Assembly: GCA_012295275.1 (NCBI GenBank)
Contig: CM022679.1
Coordinates: 27,094,001 to 27,158,000, forward strand
Direction: 5' to 3'
DNA length: 64,000 nt
Source of the DNA: Chrysomallon squamiferum
Lineage: Eukaryota > Animalia > Mollusca
Position numbers and translations under genes: made by a program. The notes beneath the pieces were generated by a model. The model saw nothing but the letters and a program-made list of their open reading frames with translations, did no database searches and had not been told where the DNA came from. Positions 12,801 to 25,992 of the stretch are shown one piece after another (position 1 is the stretch's first letter; every line of letters begins with the position of its first letter).

Positions 12801-15800
12801 TTAAATTCATTAACCCTTCAAGTGTCCAACACCCAGTGTTTTTCAACTCAAACCACTTTTTAGAAATTTTGATGATCATTTATAAAAATCCCATGTTTCA
12901 GTGATATTCTCCAGCTAATTAATTAATTAAATCATAGCTTACATTTGACAGAATAAAATATATATGATGCAATCATTTAGCAGCAGGTTAATGTCTGAAA
13001 AACCTGGTTAAAGATAAACACTCACTGTTTTTCATCAAAAGTCGTGCCAGTAAGACAGAGCTTGCTGCTATTTCTGTTGGACTGTACTGTCCCATCTCAG
13101 CCTGCAACAGACACAGTTCACAGATGTACTCGGACAGAACAACTGTCTTCACATCTGACTGGGCGAGAGTGTTCACAATTCCTACATAGTCCAAACCTGT
13201 GGGCACCTGAGCAAATCAAACAATTTTTTATTTTATTAATTAGAGCTTTGAGTAATATTATGTTTTTGAAATTAGAGAAAAATAACAATCATTTTCATTA
13301 AAGATAAATGGATTTATTTTAAAAACAAACAAACTATATGAATGATAAAACAATATATTTAGATTACATATTAACTTGGTTGTTTAAGTTTAATTATCCG
13401 AATATAATTTTTGTTCCTTTACTTATTCTGCACTCTTTCTTCAATTCAATATACAAAACGAAACAAAAATACATAGAAAATAATAATAAAATAAAGAAAA
13501 AATAACAAACCCTAATTCGTCCCCTCAACGTTGCTGTTATCTCCCCCATCATTCTTACAACATCTTCATACTTGTATGTGTTGTCAGTCAGCCAGGCAGC
13601 TTCTCGAATTGTTATGATATCTTTACCTAGAAATCTGAAAATATTAAAAAGTAATAATCGTTAATACACTAAGATGTTAAAGTATTAGTAACTTAATTGA
13701 TACAAATTTCTGCCAAATGCCTGAACCATCTCACTTATATTTTTGCTGCCATAAATGAGTTAACTATTGATCAAAAAATATATATTTTGGAGTAAGATGT
13801 GATACTACTCATTCAAAAGAACACAACAAAATTGGCAGCTTCCACTGACTACCAACTGTTTATTATATTTTGGTTAAATCTGTTATCAGTAAAACTGAGT
13901 TTGAAAAAACAAACAAACAAAAAGTACTAATAATAATGAAACATTAATAAAAATATATTATTATAATAATACAAAATTTCTTTGAAAGATAAAAAACCGA
14001 CTAAGTACACCTGAAACTTTACATTTCTACTTTTCAGTTCAGATTGTTAGTTCTGTTTCAGTGACAGATTTATTTCTAATGAGATTGTAAGTTAAATAGT
14101 AATTGTAAGTAATAGTATACTTATATGTATTATATATATTTTTTCTGTCTGGTTTACTAACCGTGAACATATAACCATGGCAGCCACTCCTAGGAGCTGT
14201 AGTTTGGATCGGGGAACAATGTGAACTTTCAGAAACCTATCAACAAGACTAACAGCACAGTGCAGAGTCAGAGTAGAGAACTCTTTCATTCCTGCAACCT
14301 CTACCAGCCAGTCTACCAAGATGTATCTGTACAAGTCATAAAACATTGCCTTATAAGTCATGCTAGAACAATAATTAATAAAAGTAACAATTCATTAAGT
14401 AACGAAAGTTCTTTATTTGGTTTCTACAGCTATGCTTGGTATATTACTCAGGATACTCCAGGAATATATTTTGTTTCGTAACATATGAAGTAAATTTCTT
14501 CTTCTCATATCTTAAAAAAAGGATCATAATTTTTAAAACGCTTTTTGATGATCTCCTGAATGGTTTAGTAAATTCTAGAAATTTCTGACGATATTTTGAA
14601 TCCTTAAGAACCATAAAATATAAAAACAATAAAGAATTCTTTCAACAGAATCACTTTATAGAATCACAATTTTTTTTTTTTTTTAAATCACTTTCATGTG
14701 ATTTAACTTTTAAAATGTACCAAAAATTTAAGAAAAGTTAATTTATTTGAATCTCACCTCATTGATGGAGTGGGGTCTCGTACAGAGTTGAAAATGGTGT
14801 GAATTCCAGAAGGCGTCGATGACTGAAACACAGATCTCAGGAATACTGCAGCTTGAGTAGAGGAGATATCACCATAGTTACCACAAGCGTAGAATTCTGC
14901 TAAACAGAGCCTGGCTTCCATACACCCCATACTTGATACTTCTCGCAGTTGGCGAATTCTTACTAATTCTAAAGCTTTATCTAGAATCTGAAAATAGGAA
15001 CATATATGTTTAAAAATATTTATTCTGTATAATGTTTATTTTTACCTCCATATACTTCATTCATGACTTTTCATCGTTAATGAAAATTTTCAAATTATTT
15101 TTTATTATCTTTAATCTATTACTGAATTTTAAATCTTATGACACAAAATTACACTGGACAAAAATTCTAGTGTTCATATTATTAATAAAGGCTGGAAAAT
15201 TAGTTCAAACAAAACATATTAAGACTATCTGTATTCTTATAGTTTCATTAATTACTAGAAGTGAAAACTGATAAAGTATTTAAAAATGTTTCTGTATTAT
15301 TAACTACCTAAAAAAAAAGAAAAAAAAAAGGGTTAGCTTACCACATTGCTGTACTGGTATTTCCAAAGAAGAAAAGCAGATTCTCCAGATCCGAGAGAGG
15401 CTCCGAGTTTAAGATACTGAATAATTTCCTGTTTTCGTTCTGGACAGTCTAGTAATTCAACAGTTTTAGCAACACACACAGCAATGTCACGATTAGCATA
15501 CTAAAATAAAAAAACATTTTATCAGTTATTTAACTTGTGCATACAGCTTGAAAAATAACAGGTAGCCTGCTTACTAGTAAATATTAACAAGTATTCCTGA
15601 AAAGTGCAAAGTAGATTTGAATATTTGGAAATGTTTGTAATTAACTTGATGTCTTAATATTATTACTGCAATTATTCTAGGCACATGTCCAAAATTTTTT
15701 AGGGGGTGGCTTCAAAAAGCAAACAGTATAAAAAGTTCTGACATGAAACAGTATTCACCACAAATTCAAATCTTTTTCAATGGATGCAATCATAATCTGA

Positions 15801-16096
15801 GATTATTCTCATTTTCACATTTGTTTTTAAAATAAATTAATAATGAATTTTTCAATTTAGTTCTTGGACGATATTAAAATAAATGCGTACATTTTCTAGG
15901 TGTTGTTTCATGTATGTGAACACACATTCTTTACAACAAGCTCCAGTAGTAGACCACGGAGGACGGAAAAACAACCAGGTGAACGGGGCAGTTGTTGTAG
16001 TAAGGACCTCAATCTGACAAAACAGCTTGGCAGCGTTTGTTCCATTTTCTACAATGTTTCTGGTGTCAAGTTCTCCAGGTACTGAAAATAAGAAAA

Positions 16097-16127
<31 letters not shown>

Positions 16128-19100
16128 AATAATAAATAAATGAGTGTATGATTAAGTAAATTAATTAAGAAAGTAAGTACACAAGTTAACTATAAGTGAC
16201 TTACTAAGAAAATAAACATGAACATGTAATTTAGTTAAGTAAATAAAGAAATGAGAATGTTTGTTAGAAAGTAAGAAAAAAAAAATGTTTTAAAAATTAT
16301 TAGCTATTTCATTAACAGAAGAAACCAAACAAATTATTTCTCCTTTCTTAAATAGACTGGTTAAAATCTTATGTCACTGTAAAAAATATGAACTTGTAAG
16401 GCAAAAATAATAAGACTAAACACAGACACTAATTTGACTTTAAATTAAATTTATTTTAACGAGTATGACTTATATATGGGGTAAGTCAAACACTTTATGC
16501 AGTTTCTTGAATATGGTTCTTGACTACTGAAGTCATATTGTCTGGAGATTTTATTTTTATTTTTTGTTTTATGTAATAAACTGACAAAGTCAATTCATGA
16601 TTGTATGTCAATGAGATATTCTTACAAAGTAATTGTAAATTAACATTAAGTCTTTTGTGCTTCTTTCTGTAACAGGGACGTAAATTAAATTGCTTTTATA
16701 AATGATACGTTAATTTATTACACAGAAAAATAAACAAACACTCACATCCTTCATTGTACAAGTAAGCCACTGCTAATTTCACCAGAGCTTCAACATTTCC
16801 ATTGTCTGCAGCTCTGAAATAAGGATAGAAAAAAAAAATCAGTATCATTATTTGTTTGTTGAACATTTTTAAATTGTGATATTTGTATATAAGTTAATCT
16901 TAACAAACTGCCATACCAACAATTTCCTTTACCAATTTTGTAAAACTGGATTTCAAATGAACTTTCAATAATTATTTTCCTCAATTTACAAAAACATTAA
17001 ATAAGAATGACTGTTGTTTATAACAATAATTATGAGAAATTTAAATATATATGTATATAAATAATCAATCAATATATTTATATCTATAGCATCTATCTGT
17101 CTATTATTTACCTTTGAAAATGGTGGATATTCTTTGTTGTTGGCCAGATGTCATGGAATCGAACCACAGTCCAAAGTGAGGTAAATGTGTCTATGAGATC
17201 ACGAAATCGAGGATGTACCTGAAATATCGTTGTTTTAATTTTAATAATTCTCTAAACAGATTACAATTCAAATCAAAGTAACTGTAAATTATTGAATTTT
17301 AAGAATGTGAAAACTACCTTGAATATGTTAATTAAACAATAAAATAATTTTATATTTTATTTTTCTTTCTTTTTTAAAACATAAGAAAAACATATTCCAA
17401 TTTAACAAAATATAAATTTAATTACAGAAATTCTACTTTCACATTATCGTATAATTTATTATTATAATAATATATAAATGTAGATGCTTTTCAAAATGGA
17501 AAAAATAAAAATAATATAATTTTTATAAATGAACATCTAGAAACTAAAAATGTTCTTATATATAAATACATCAATGGATAACTGTTTATCAGGCTATAAA
17601 TGTTAAATTTTTTTTTTTTTCATTTTGATTACAAAAAAATCCAAGAACAGATATTCTGCCACAGCTTTGTCGATTACTGATAAAAAAAATTTTCATAAAA
17701 TGCCTACAGTTCTATATCTTTTTTTTTTTTTTTTTTTAAATGTTATCGTTATTATTTATTCTATCTCTCTTGCATTCTCAGCTGCTGTTTATCTTGCATC
17801 GAAATGATAAATAAATGAAAATAAAAATAATGAAAAGAATCTTACAGCTCTCATATTGAGCAAGTCTCTGATGTGAAGGTTATGTAACAGGTGAATGAGA
17901 ATTTCTTCAGGTAGGTTCCAAATCGTCACACTGCTGCGAGTACGAGGTCGGACATGGGCATGGACCGGAACGAACGAACATTGTGATGATTTGCTTAGTC
18001 GACCTTGTATACTTTGTAATACTACAAAAAATTAAAAATAAATTAATAATAATAATAATAATAATAAAACATTTTGATGATTTACTCCATCAACCTTGTA
18101 TACTCTGTAATACTACAAAAAAATTAAATTAATATTAGTAATAATAATTATAAAAAAATAAAACATTTTGATGATTTACACAGTTGACCTTGAATACTCT
18201 GTAATACTACAAAAAATACAAAAAAAAAAAAATTAAAAAAAAAGAATAATAATAAAACATTTTGATGATTTACTTATTTGACTTTGTATACTCTGTAATA
18301 CTACAAAATAAAAATAAAGAATAAAACATTTTTATGATTTACTCAGTTGATCTTTTATACTCTCTAATATTAAATTAATGTATAAAAGGTAAATATGATA
18401 AAAAAAAAATTAATAATAATAATAAATAACTCTTTGATGATTTACTTATTCAAATGTGCATTCTGTAATATTAAATAAAAAATAAAGAAAGTAAATAAAT
18501 AAATACTAATTTTATTTATATATATATATATATATATATAATTTTATACAACAGAACCTTTATAAAATATATAAACAGTGAAAAATGTGCATCCATAAAG
18601 ACAAAGATGAAACTTTTTTTTAAATAATATTTAGACATTTAAAATTCCAAGCAAGAAGTGAAATCTGAAGTTAAGTTAGAAGCAATAATTAAATAATAAT
18701 AATAAAAATAAAAAAATATTAAAAATAATGAAAATAATAAAGAAATATTTGTGGGTTTTTTTTTTTTTAAATTTGAAATAAAATTAACGAATACACAACT
18801 TCCCAGTAAAAAAACAAATTACCCCCCTCCGCCCCAAAAAACCTTTTAGATGACAGGAGGTAAAATGGAGAGAATCAAATTCCTGATTAAAAATAATAAT
18901 AATAAAAATCTTATCAAGTTACTTGTTTTGAACTTAATAATGTTACTATCACACATGTGGGCTGTATGGAGTAATATGAAAACAGCATACATTTCAAAAT
19001 TTGGAGAAAATTAGTATTTTAATAACAATAACAATAATAATAACAAAATAAATTAATTAATTAATTAAAAAAAAGAAAATAAGTAAATAATAAAAATCAA

Positions 19101-21106
19101 AAAATAAATAACTATATATATATATGTGTGTGTATACACATATATTTGCCATTATTGACTTCATGTACTGTCATTAAACATTCTTTGAATATAAATCAAA
19201 ACTTTTAATAAAATATAAGTAAATAACAGAGATAGAGAAATTAATAAAATCAATACTACTTAGCAACATGTGAATAATAATTACAAAAATCTTTGTTAAA
19301 AATGTCCAATTCACCTGCCAATTGTTTTCACTCGTATCAAAACACCTGTCATTTTGTGTCAGGGAATAACTGTTGGGTCAGTTACTGTGGAGATTACTTA
19401 ACAATACACACCTATAGTGGACATCTGTGTTTGGTCACTTAACTGTTACAAATACTAACTTGTTAACAGGTGTTTGAGTGGTTACAATGAAACTGTTTTA
19501 GAGAAAATGATATGAATTCCATATCTCCATAAACAAACGTAAAAAGAGATAAATAATTCTGAACTAAAATCTAACTAAATCTTAAATTTGTCTGTCCCTC
19601 CATCAGTAATATAATGCTAATTTGTTATTATACATACCTAAATTATTTACTGTTATCAATTTAAATTTATATATCAGTTATCGAATATATATATATATAT
19701 TACTTCTGCCTTCGTGGAAAAAATTTTTTTTTTTTTTTTTTTTTTTTTAATCCATATCAAATTATATATGTACAGAATTTCATACAGAATTGTTATTGCC
19801 AATGCTACAGAGGAATCTTAAAATATTTACACTAAAAGTCGGAAAAATACACTGAAATGACAGATATATCTTTCTTTCCATGTAGCAAATGAAATATACA
19901 TTAAATATGCAAACATACACATATACAAATTCACAGATATTGTAATGCACACCTATAAAATGTTTATACATTATATATTTATCCACATTATAATTATATA
20001 AACGGTTATTTGTATTAAAACACAACTGTAACCTGCAAAAATGCTACAAATGAAAATTTTATATATAATGCTATGTTTAAATATATTTAACAAAAACTAT
20101 ATATATATATTTATAATGTACTTACATGTGAAAAACATAGTGGTAAAGATTTTCCGTGACAGATATGTGCAATAATGTCCTAGATAGGTGATCCTATTGA
20201 TTATGAAAATGTCATGTTATGACTTGACCTATATGCAAATTACCATGTGCGTTGCTAAGAATAGACAGCTGCCCTAGCGTCCGAGGATACTAATCCCGTA
20301 GCAACCAATCAGATTAAAGCGTTTAACGACTAGCCAATCAGCGTATTCGAACAATCCAAACAGGGCACAGACAGGAATGTTTGAGCATGTTTGAACGTAT
20401 TTCTGCATGTTACTAGCGTATATAAGCATGTCTGAAACAAATATGTAAATTTATGCGACCCAAACAACGTATCAGAGTACAATCTGTCAGGGTATAAAAA
20501 TATCACAAACCTTTCACTACGTATTTGTAGTCTACAAGTGTCGTGTCGAGTTAGGTATAGCAACTAAATCGCAAGAGCCTAGTCCTAGACATTTACGAAT
20601 ATCAACGAATTTTAAAAATTTCATCATTATTAGATATGTTAGGAGAAAATTTCTTTGAGATTTTCTCTTTTAAATATGCTCTGGAATTTTTGTTCTCAAA
20701 GTCAATATTAAATACAAACTGAACGAAAAAATATTCATGTGTATCGCTGACCAGTGTTTCAATGACCCGCTTGACCACAGGTCATTGCCGATAGTCTCAC
20801 TGACCGTAAAAAGTTCCGCCAAAACTGAACGCATAAATTTATATTTTTATAGTTAAATAATAAATTACATTTTGGCTAAGGTTGCTTGTAAAGTCATTCA
20901 CAATACTCTTTATTATCAAAATACTGAAAATGGTTCGATAGTAAAACTTTTGTAAAGTTGAAAGTTGACCGCGTTCTTCGATGTGATGGTAACACCATCC
21001 GATTAACTTAAGGGATTCCCCCATTCCCTTACCTGATTCAAATCGAGAAAGCAAATAGCACTGACTTGCTACATCATCTAATTGTTTCAATAAACTCACC
21101 TTTCAT
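9825..21106 (-). CDS. CCNF: Cyclin F (FBXO1): F-box, cyclin N/C domains and Ser/acidic PEST tail, ~765 aa. Exons: 21106-21100 (or alternative 20138-20126), 18021-17846, 17218-17112, 16813-16746, 16081-15891, 15500-15342, 14987-14758, 14326-14162, 13634-13511, 13206-13026, 12525-12438, 11971-11872, 11334-11198, 10965-10829, 10252-9825
   Basis: GT-AG exons join in frame (2298 nt including stop). Diagnostic motifs: F-box TIWNLPEEILIHLL; GNVEALVKLAVAYLYNEG; APFTWLFFRPPWS; cyclin box MRYILVDWLVEVA; TIREAAWLTDNTYKYEDVVRMMGEI; SGYEGDQE. All match recalled vertebrate cyclin F. The identity of exon 1 is less certain than that of the internal exons. Confidence 0.95.
12028..12155. mobile_element. Possible short piggyBac-like MITE remnant in a CCNF intron
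   Basis: Flanked by TTAA on both sides (12024-12027 and 12156-12159). The ends match at 9/12 positions: tccttctgatgc versus cccttttggtgc (reverse complement of the right end). Confidence 0.35.
17980..18475 (-). repeat. Six degenerate tandem copies (~70-100 bp period) of the CCNF intron 1/exon 2 junction
   Basis: The plus-strand core tgatgattt(a/g)c...gacctt(g)tatactctgtaatactac ends at 18021, 18112, 18206, 18300, 18369 and 18470. The first copy is the real start of exon 2. Confidence 0.9.
20300..20345 (-). promoter_or_regulatory. Paired CCAAT (NF-Y-type) boxes upstream of the alternative CCNF first exon
   Basis: aaCCAATcag (20305-20309) and agCCAATcag (20334-20338) lie 29 bp apart, ~170-200 bp upstream of ATG 20138. 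Confidence 0.5.
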
Positions 21107-21320
21107 ATCTTCTTTGAATTACTGGACACCAGAAACACAACTAGCTGCGGTTTCAAAACGGCAAGCACAAGTACACAACCCGATACACTCTTCGCGAAAA
21201 TCCAGCTGTTTACTAGAAGCCAAACAATGACGTGTTTTGATTGGTTGACTGACCTCTGACGTTTATAAACGAGCGCAAGGATCAACAATGCGCGCAAGCG
21301 GCTTTTTCAAATCTTCAAAG
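21107..21320 (-). promoter_or_regulatory. Cell-cycle-type promoter/5'UTR of CCNF (CCAAT, E2F-like and CHR elements)
   Basis: Minus strand: TTTGAA (21311-21306), CCAAT (21244-21240), TTTTCGCGAA (21200-21191), TTTGAA (21157-21152), then ATGAAAG|gtgagt. The region is locally CpG-rich. A further TTTTGGCGGAA lies at 20824-20814. Confidence 0.6.
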
Positions 21321-21776
21321 GATGTGGGAAAACATTGTTCATTTGAATTTTAGGAATAAAACGATTTAGTGAAAACCACAACATTAAGAAATATGATTAA
21401 TTTCAGTTATTTATATCCTACCTCTTACACACATTTATTATGTTTTCCTTCTAAACATTTATAAGACAAAAAATGTTAATATATGGTGATAAATATTAGC
21501 TGGTTTATATTATTGTTATAGTCCTGTATCTCAACTCTTGTAATATATCAAAAATAATTTATTTATTTATAATTTATTTTAGATTTGTTGTTTATTAATG
21601 ACTTTAAAAAAAAAAAAAAAAAAAAAATCAACATTAGTAATACAGAAGAAAAAAACTTAATCAGTTACTTAATTAATTAATTTATTTTTTATCTTATAGC
21701 AGATTATGTTGTAAACAATTTAATTTCCGGCTGCAGTATCCTAACACTGTCTCTTTAAACAGTAGCAATAAATAAC

Positions 21777-21825
<49 letters not shown>

Positions 21826-23987
21826 GTGATGATAATGATATAATGACAATAACCATGATGATTATTTTATTAATATTATTATCATCATCAAACCATTACC
21901 AAAGAGTAGCATCAAAAACAATATAATAATAATATTAATAATAACAGCAACAACAAATATTATTATTATTGTTGTTGTTGTTGTTTTCACATTGAAACGC
22001 ATAACTCAAAGTTACTAATTACTCCCTTCCACGTTGTTGTTGTTGTTGTTATGGGGGGGTTTTCAGTTCTAATTAACGGCATATATATATTTTTACAAAT
22101 ATCTGTTAGCATTAACACACCCATTCAGAATAATCACTAAATCAGCAGATGGTTTACAACTCTGTGTAATTTGCCAGTTATTATCTGCGTAAAATAGCAG
22201 ACGTACTCATTGTCTCGCGCCCTCTTACGTTAGCCAATCAACGAAAAGACAAACACTGCCAAACGAGTGTTGAGCTGTTTCGTCACCGAGGTTGTTACAC
22301 TGTGACACGTTTATAATACCCTTTGACCTCTGAACTCTGTAAGAATGGTCAGGTACAAAGCAGTTTGGTGACTGATTGACAAGACTTACAGTGTAACAAA
22401 AGGTGTTTCGCGATAGTTGTGGAAAACAAACAACAAATGAATTTGGAAAATGATATGTACTGTTTTCAAATGAGTTAGTAAATAAGGAAATAAATAAATA
22501 ACAAAAAATAATTAGAAATATAAAAAAAAAAAAAAAAAATTGTGCTCTCGTTTGTAGTTTAAAAAAAAATACTTCAATGCAAATTAACATAATACAGCAG
22601 TAACAATAATAAATGAATAGATAAATTATAAAAACAACAACAACATAATTTCAGTCATTATCTCAACAAAAAAAAAAAAGAGAAATAAATAAATAAAATT
22701 AAATGAAATGAAATTAAATTAATAAAGAAAAAAAAAAAACAACAACATACAAACAACCCATTCTACAACCACTGCCACTACAGTCAAAACAACAACAATT
22801 ACTACTACTGTTACTATTATTACTACTACTGCTACTGCTGATGAATGTATATCATCGTCATCAACAACAACAATAATAAAGATAGGTAAATTGTATCGAT
22901 TTCTTTCTCTCGAAAACACCACACGACATTACAATAGTACACAGCACACTAATAAAATCAAATGAACAACTAAACAAAATCACGTAACGTGACTTCTAAT
23001 CTTTATCTCGCAAATATCATCACCGACAGTGACCAGCTGTGCACGTTTCTTAATTATCTATCTTGAACAATGGCCACCACACAGTGCTTTACCAGGTGGC
23101 TACGGATACATGACGTCATCAAAGGAACCGTCCGGCCTCATGACAACTCCTGCCTTGAATGTCTGTTGATGGTCACTTTGCGAAGCGAAAAATAACATCA
23201 TTAGGATTTGGGTTCAGATTAATTAAGTATGAATGCAAACAAAAAATTCAGTGAACTTATTATTTTTAAATACACACTATCCAATTAATTACCAACACAA
23301 ATTATAAGAAGATTTGTTAATTATAATTCTGGTAATTAGTTCTTTAGGAGGTTGTCGTGAATAGAAATGACAGATTTCACTAAACATCATTATAATCATC
23401 TGAAGACAAATTATTTAATTCATAGTAAACGGCGCCAAGGATGAAATGAAACAGTAATCACTTCTTCGTGTTAATCCGGTGCACTAATCTATCAGGCGAT
23501 TATCGTAATGATCCGTTGTTGTGAGATTCAGATGTTTTAATGACGTCATGGTGTTAACTATTATTTTTTTATCTACCACCAAGGGTTTTCTTTTTCATGT
23601 TAAAGACATCAAAAGCAGACGTTACTGAAACGGCAGACAACTCTGTATTATTAAGGCAGTCTGGAAAAAGCGATCATGTGCGTTATTGTATTACCACTGG
23701 CTGGGCTGAAAAATGAACATATTGTATATTAACGTCTGCTTAACTTTTTCGCCGTCTGCTTTCATTCTGTCTGCCTTTCTGTGGGTGGCTCTGTCTGTCT
23801 GTTTTTAATTTCACTGCTATCAATTTCTATGACTCATTCTGCGTGCACTTGTATGCGTGTTTCTCTCTGTCTTTTGCAAGCAACATGACAAATAAAAAAA
23901 CAAAATAAAAAAACAACAACAAAAAACCCCAAAACAAATCACGGACCAAAAAAAAAAAAAGATATATGTTTAAAGACAGCAGTTGTA

Positions 23988-24057
<70 letters not shown>

Positions 24058-25781
24058 TTACTGAATATCTGAACAGTGATGGAAGATGTTCGATAACAAA
24101 GACATTTATAATATGCACATATTTATTTACCTAAATAAAATAAAAATTTAAACAACGCATGCAAAACAGAATTATAACAGTATATGCTAAGTTAAGTTAT
24201 GATTCAGTTCAGAAACAAAATACCGTTCTTCCCCCCCACATATATATATATATATGTATGTATGTATGTATATAATACAAAAGAAAAAAGCAGTAAAATA
24301 ATAATGATGATGATAATAATAATGATAATAATAATAATAATAATAATGATGATGATGATGATGATGACTTAAACTAACATGAAAAGGAATTATATACACA
24401 GACTATACTTAGAATTAACTGTTAGTTTTGCTGGTGATGTGAAAAACTGTTTAATCGTGTCGCAGTTATGATTACAGTTTTATGACGTTGATACTTATAC
24501 TATACAAAATGAAAATACAACATTAAGAGCCCAGCCTTTAGTTAACTCAGTACCATTAGCATAGATCTAACAGCATTACATTACTATCTTTTCTTAATTT
24601 TGCTCTGTAACCAGTACTGAAAATCAACCTTCGTTTTCATTACCCTAATTCCTTAATATTACCATAGCAACGTTATTATTACTAAATTTCGTTATATTAT
24701 CATATCTACGTTATAATATTGTCCTAGTTCGATTACAAAATGACCACATGCAAGCCAATGACAATCTACAAATTATTTTTCAATAAGTAAAACAAATTTC
24801 TTGCAAATTACTAAACGGAAGCGGATTCTTTAGGTTCAGTATAGGCTAAAGACTAATTAAATATTAATTTGAGTATCACCTTCACTGATATATTACAAAA
24901 ATGAAAATGATTTTACATACAGGTCCGTATGTATGTGTCAGTGTGTGTGTGTGTGTGCGTGCATGTGCGTGTGCGTGTGCGTGTATGTAATAAAAAAAGT
25001 TTAATAAAATACTTCTATTAATAATAATTTACAGTATACATATTTTAAATAAAATAATAACAACAGACATAATATTAAATACGTAAAACTGAACTAGGTG
25101 TGTTATAATAACATAAAACAATGGATTATGTATATTAAATATATGATAATGACATAGGTATCTTAAATATATGATAAATATATACGTAAAATTAAATATA
25201 GATATATAATAATGACACATATAAATTATATTTAACATAATATGATAATGACATGGTTAATATATAGCAATTTTATACGATAAAGCAAAACATTTATGTA
25301 ATATGGCACAATGACAAACTGAATACATTATTTATATAATAATATTACTTTAAAAAATGCTTAGCAAATATCAAAACGTTAATAATGACATACATTTATT
25401 AAATTGGTGTAAATTAGAAATTAAATATATCACGCTGCACAAAAAAATAAATAAATAAATAAAATAACAAATAAAACCACGAAATGAATTATATAAACAT
25501 AATAAAGTGATAACATATTCAGTACCACAACAGAATTTAATTTTTTTCTTCTTATTATTATTTATTTTCACGTTTAAATTGTTTATTTTCTTTAATTTTT
25601 TTTTTTTTTTTTTTTTTTTTTTGCTATATAAAATTTTTAACCAATTATATTTAACATTCCATATCTATTTAATGAGAAACAAAGAAAAAATATATTAGAG
25701 AGAAATAAACGTAAATGGGTGTGCGTAAGAAAGAATCACACACTTATACAGACAGTCAGGGAGAAAGAGGGTGATAGACAA

Positions 25782-25783
<2 letters not shown>

Positions 25784-25855
<72 letters not shown>
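25784..25855. repeat. (AG)n microsatellite
   Basis: Uninterrupted AG dinucleotide run. Confidence 0.95.
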
Positions 25856-25858
<3 letters not shown>

Positions 25859-25992
25859 AGAAGAAAAAATAAACACATCCTTAAGGATATTATTCCATTA
25901 TTTGCATTACTTGTATAACTGGAAGGTCATTTTTATTAATAAACTAAACGTTTTCTTCAGACACCAGACTGGTACGTCATTCAGTAGAACGG

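Noticed and set aside
17980-18475. Regularly spaced repeats resembling a CRISPR array
   Set aside because: Eukaryotic intron context. The repeats are degenerate copies of an exon junction, the spacers are related A/T-rich tracts, and there are no cas genes.
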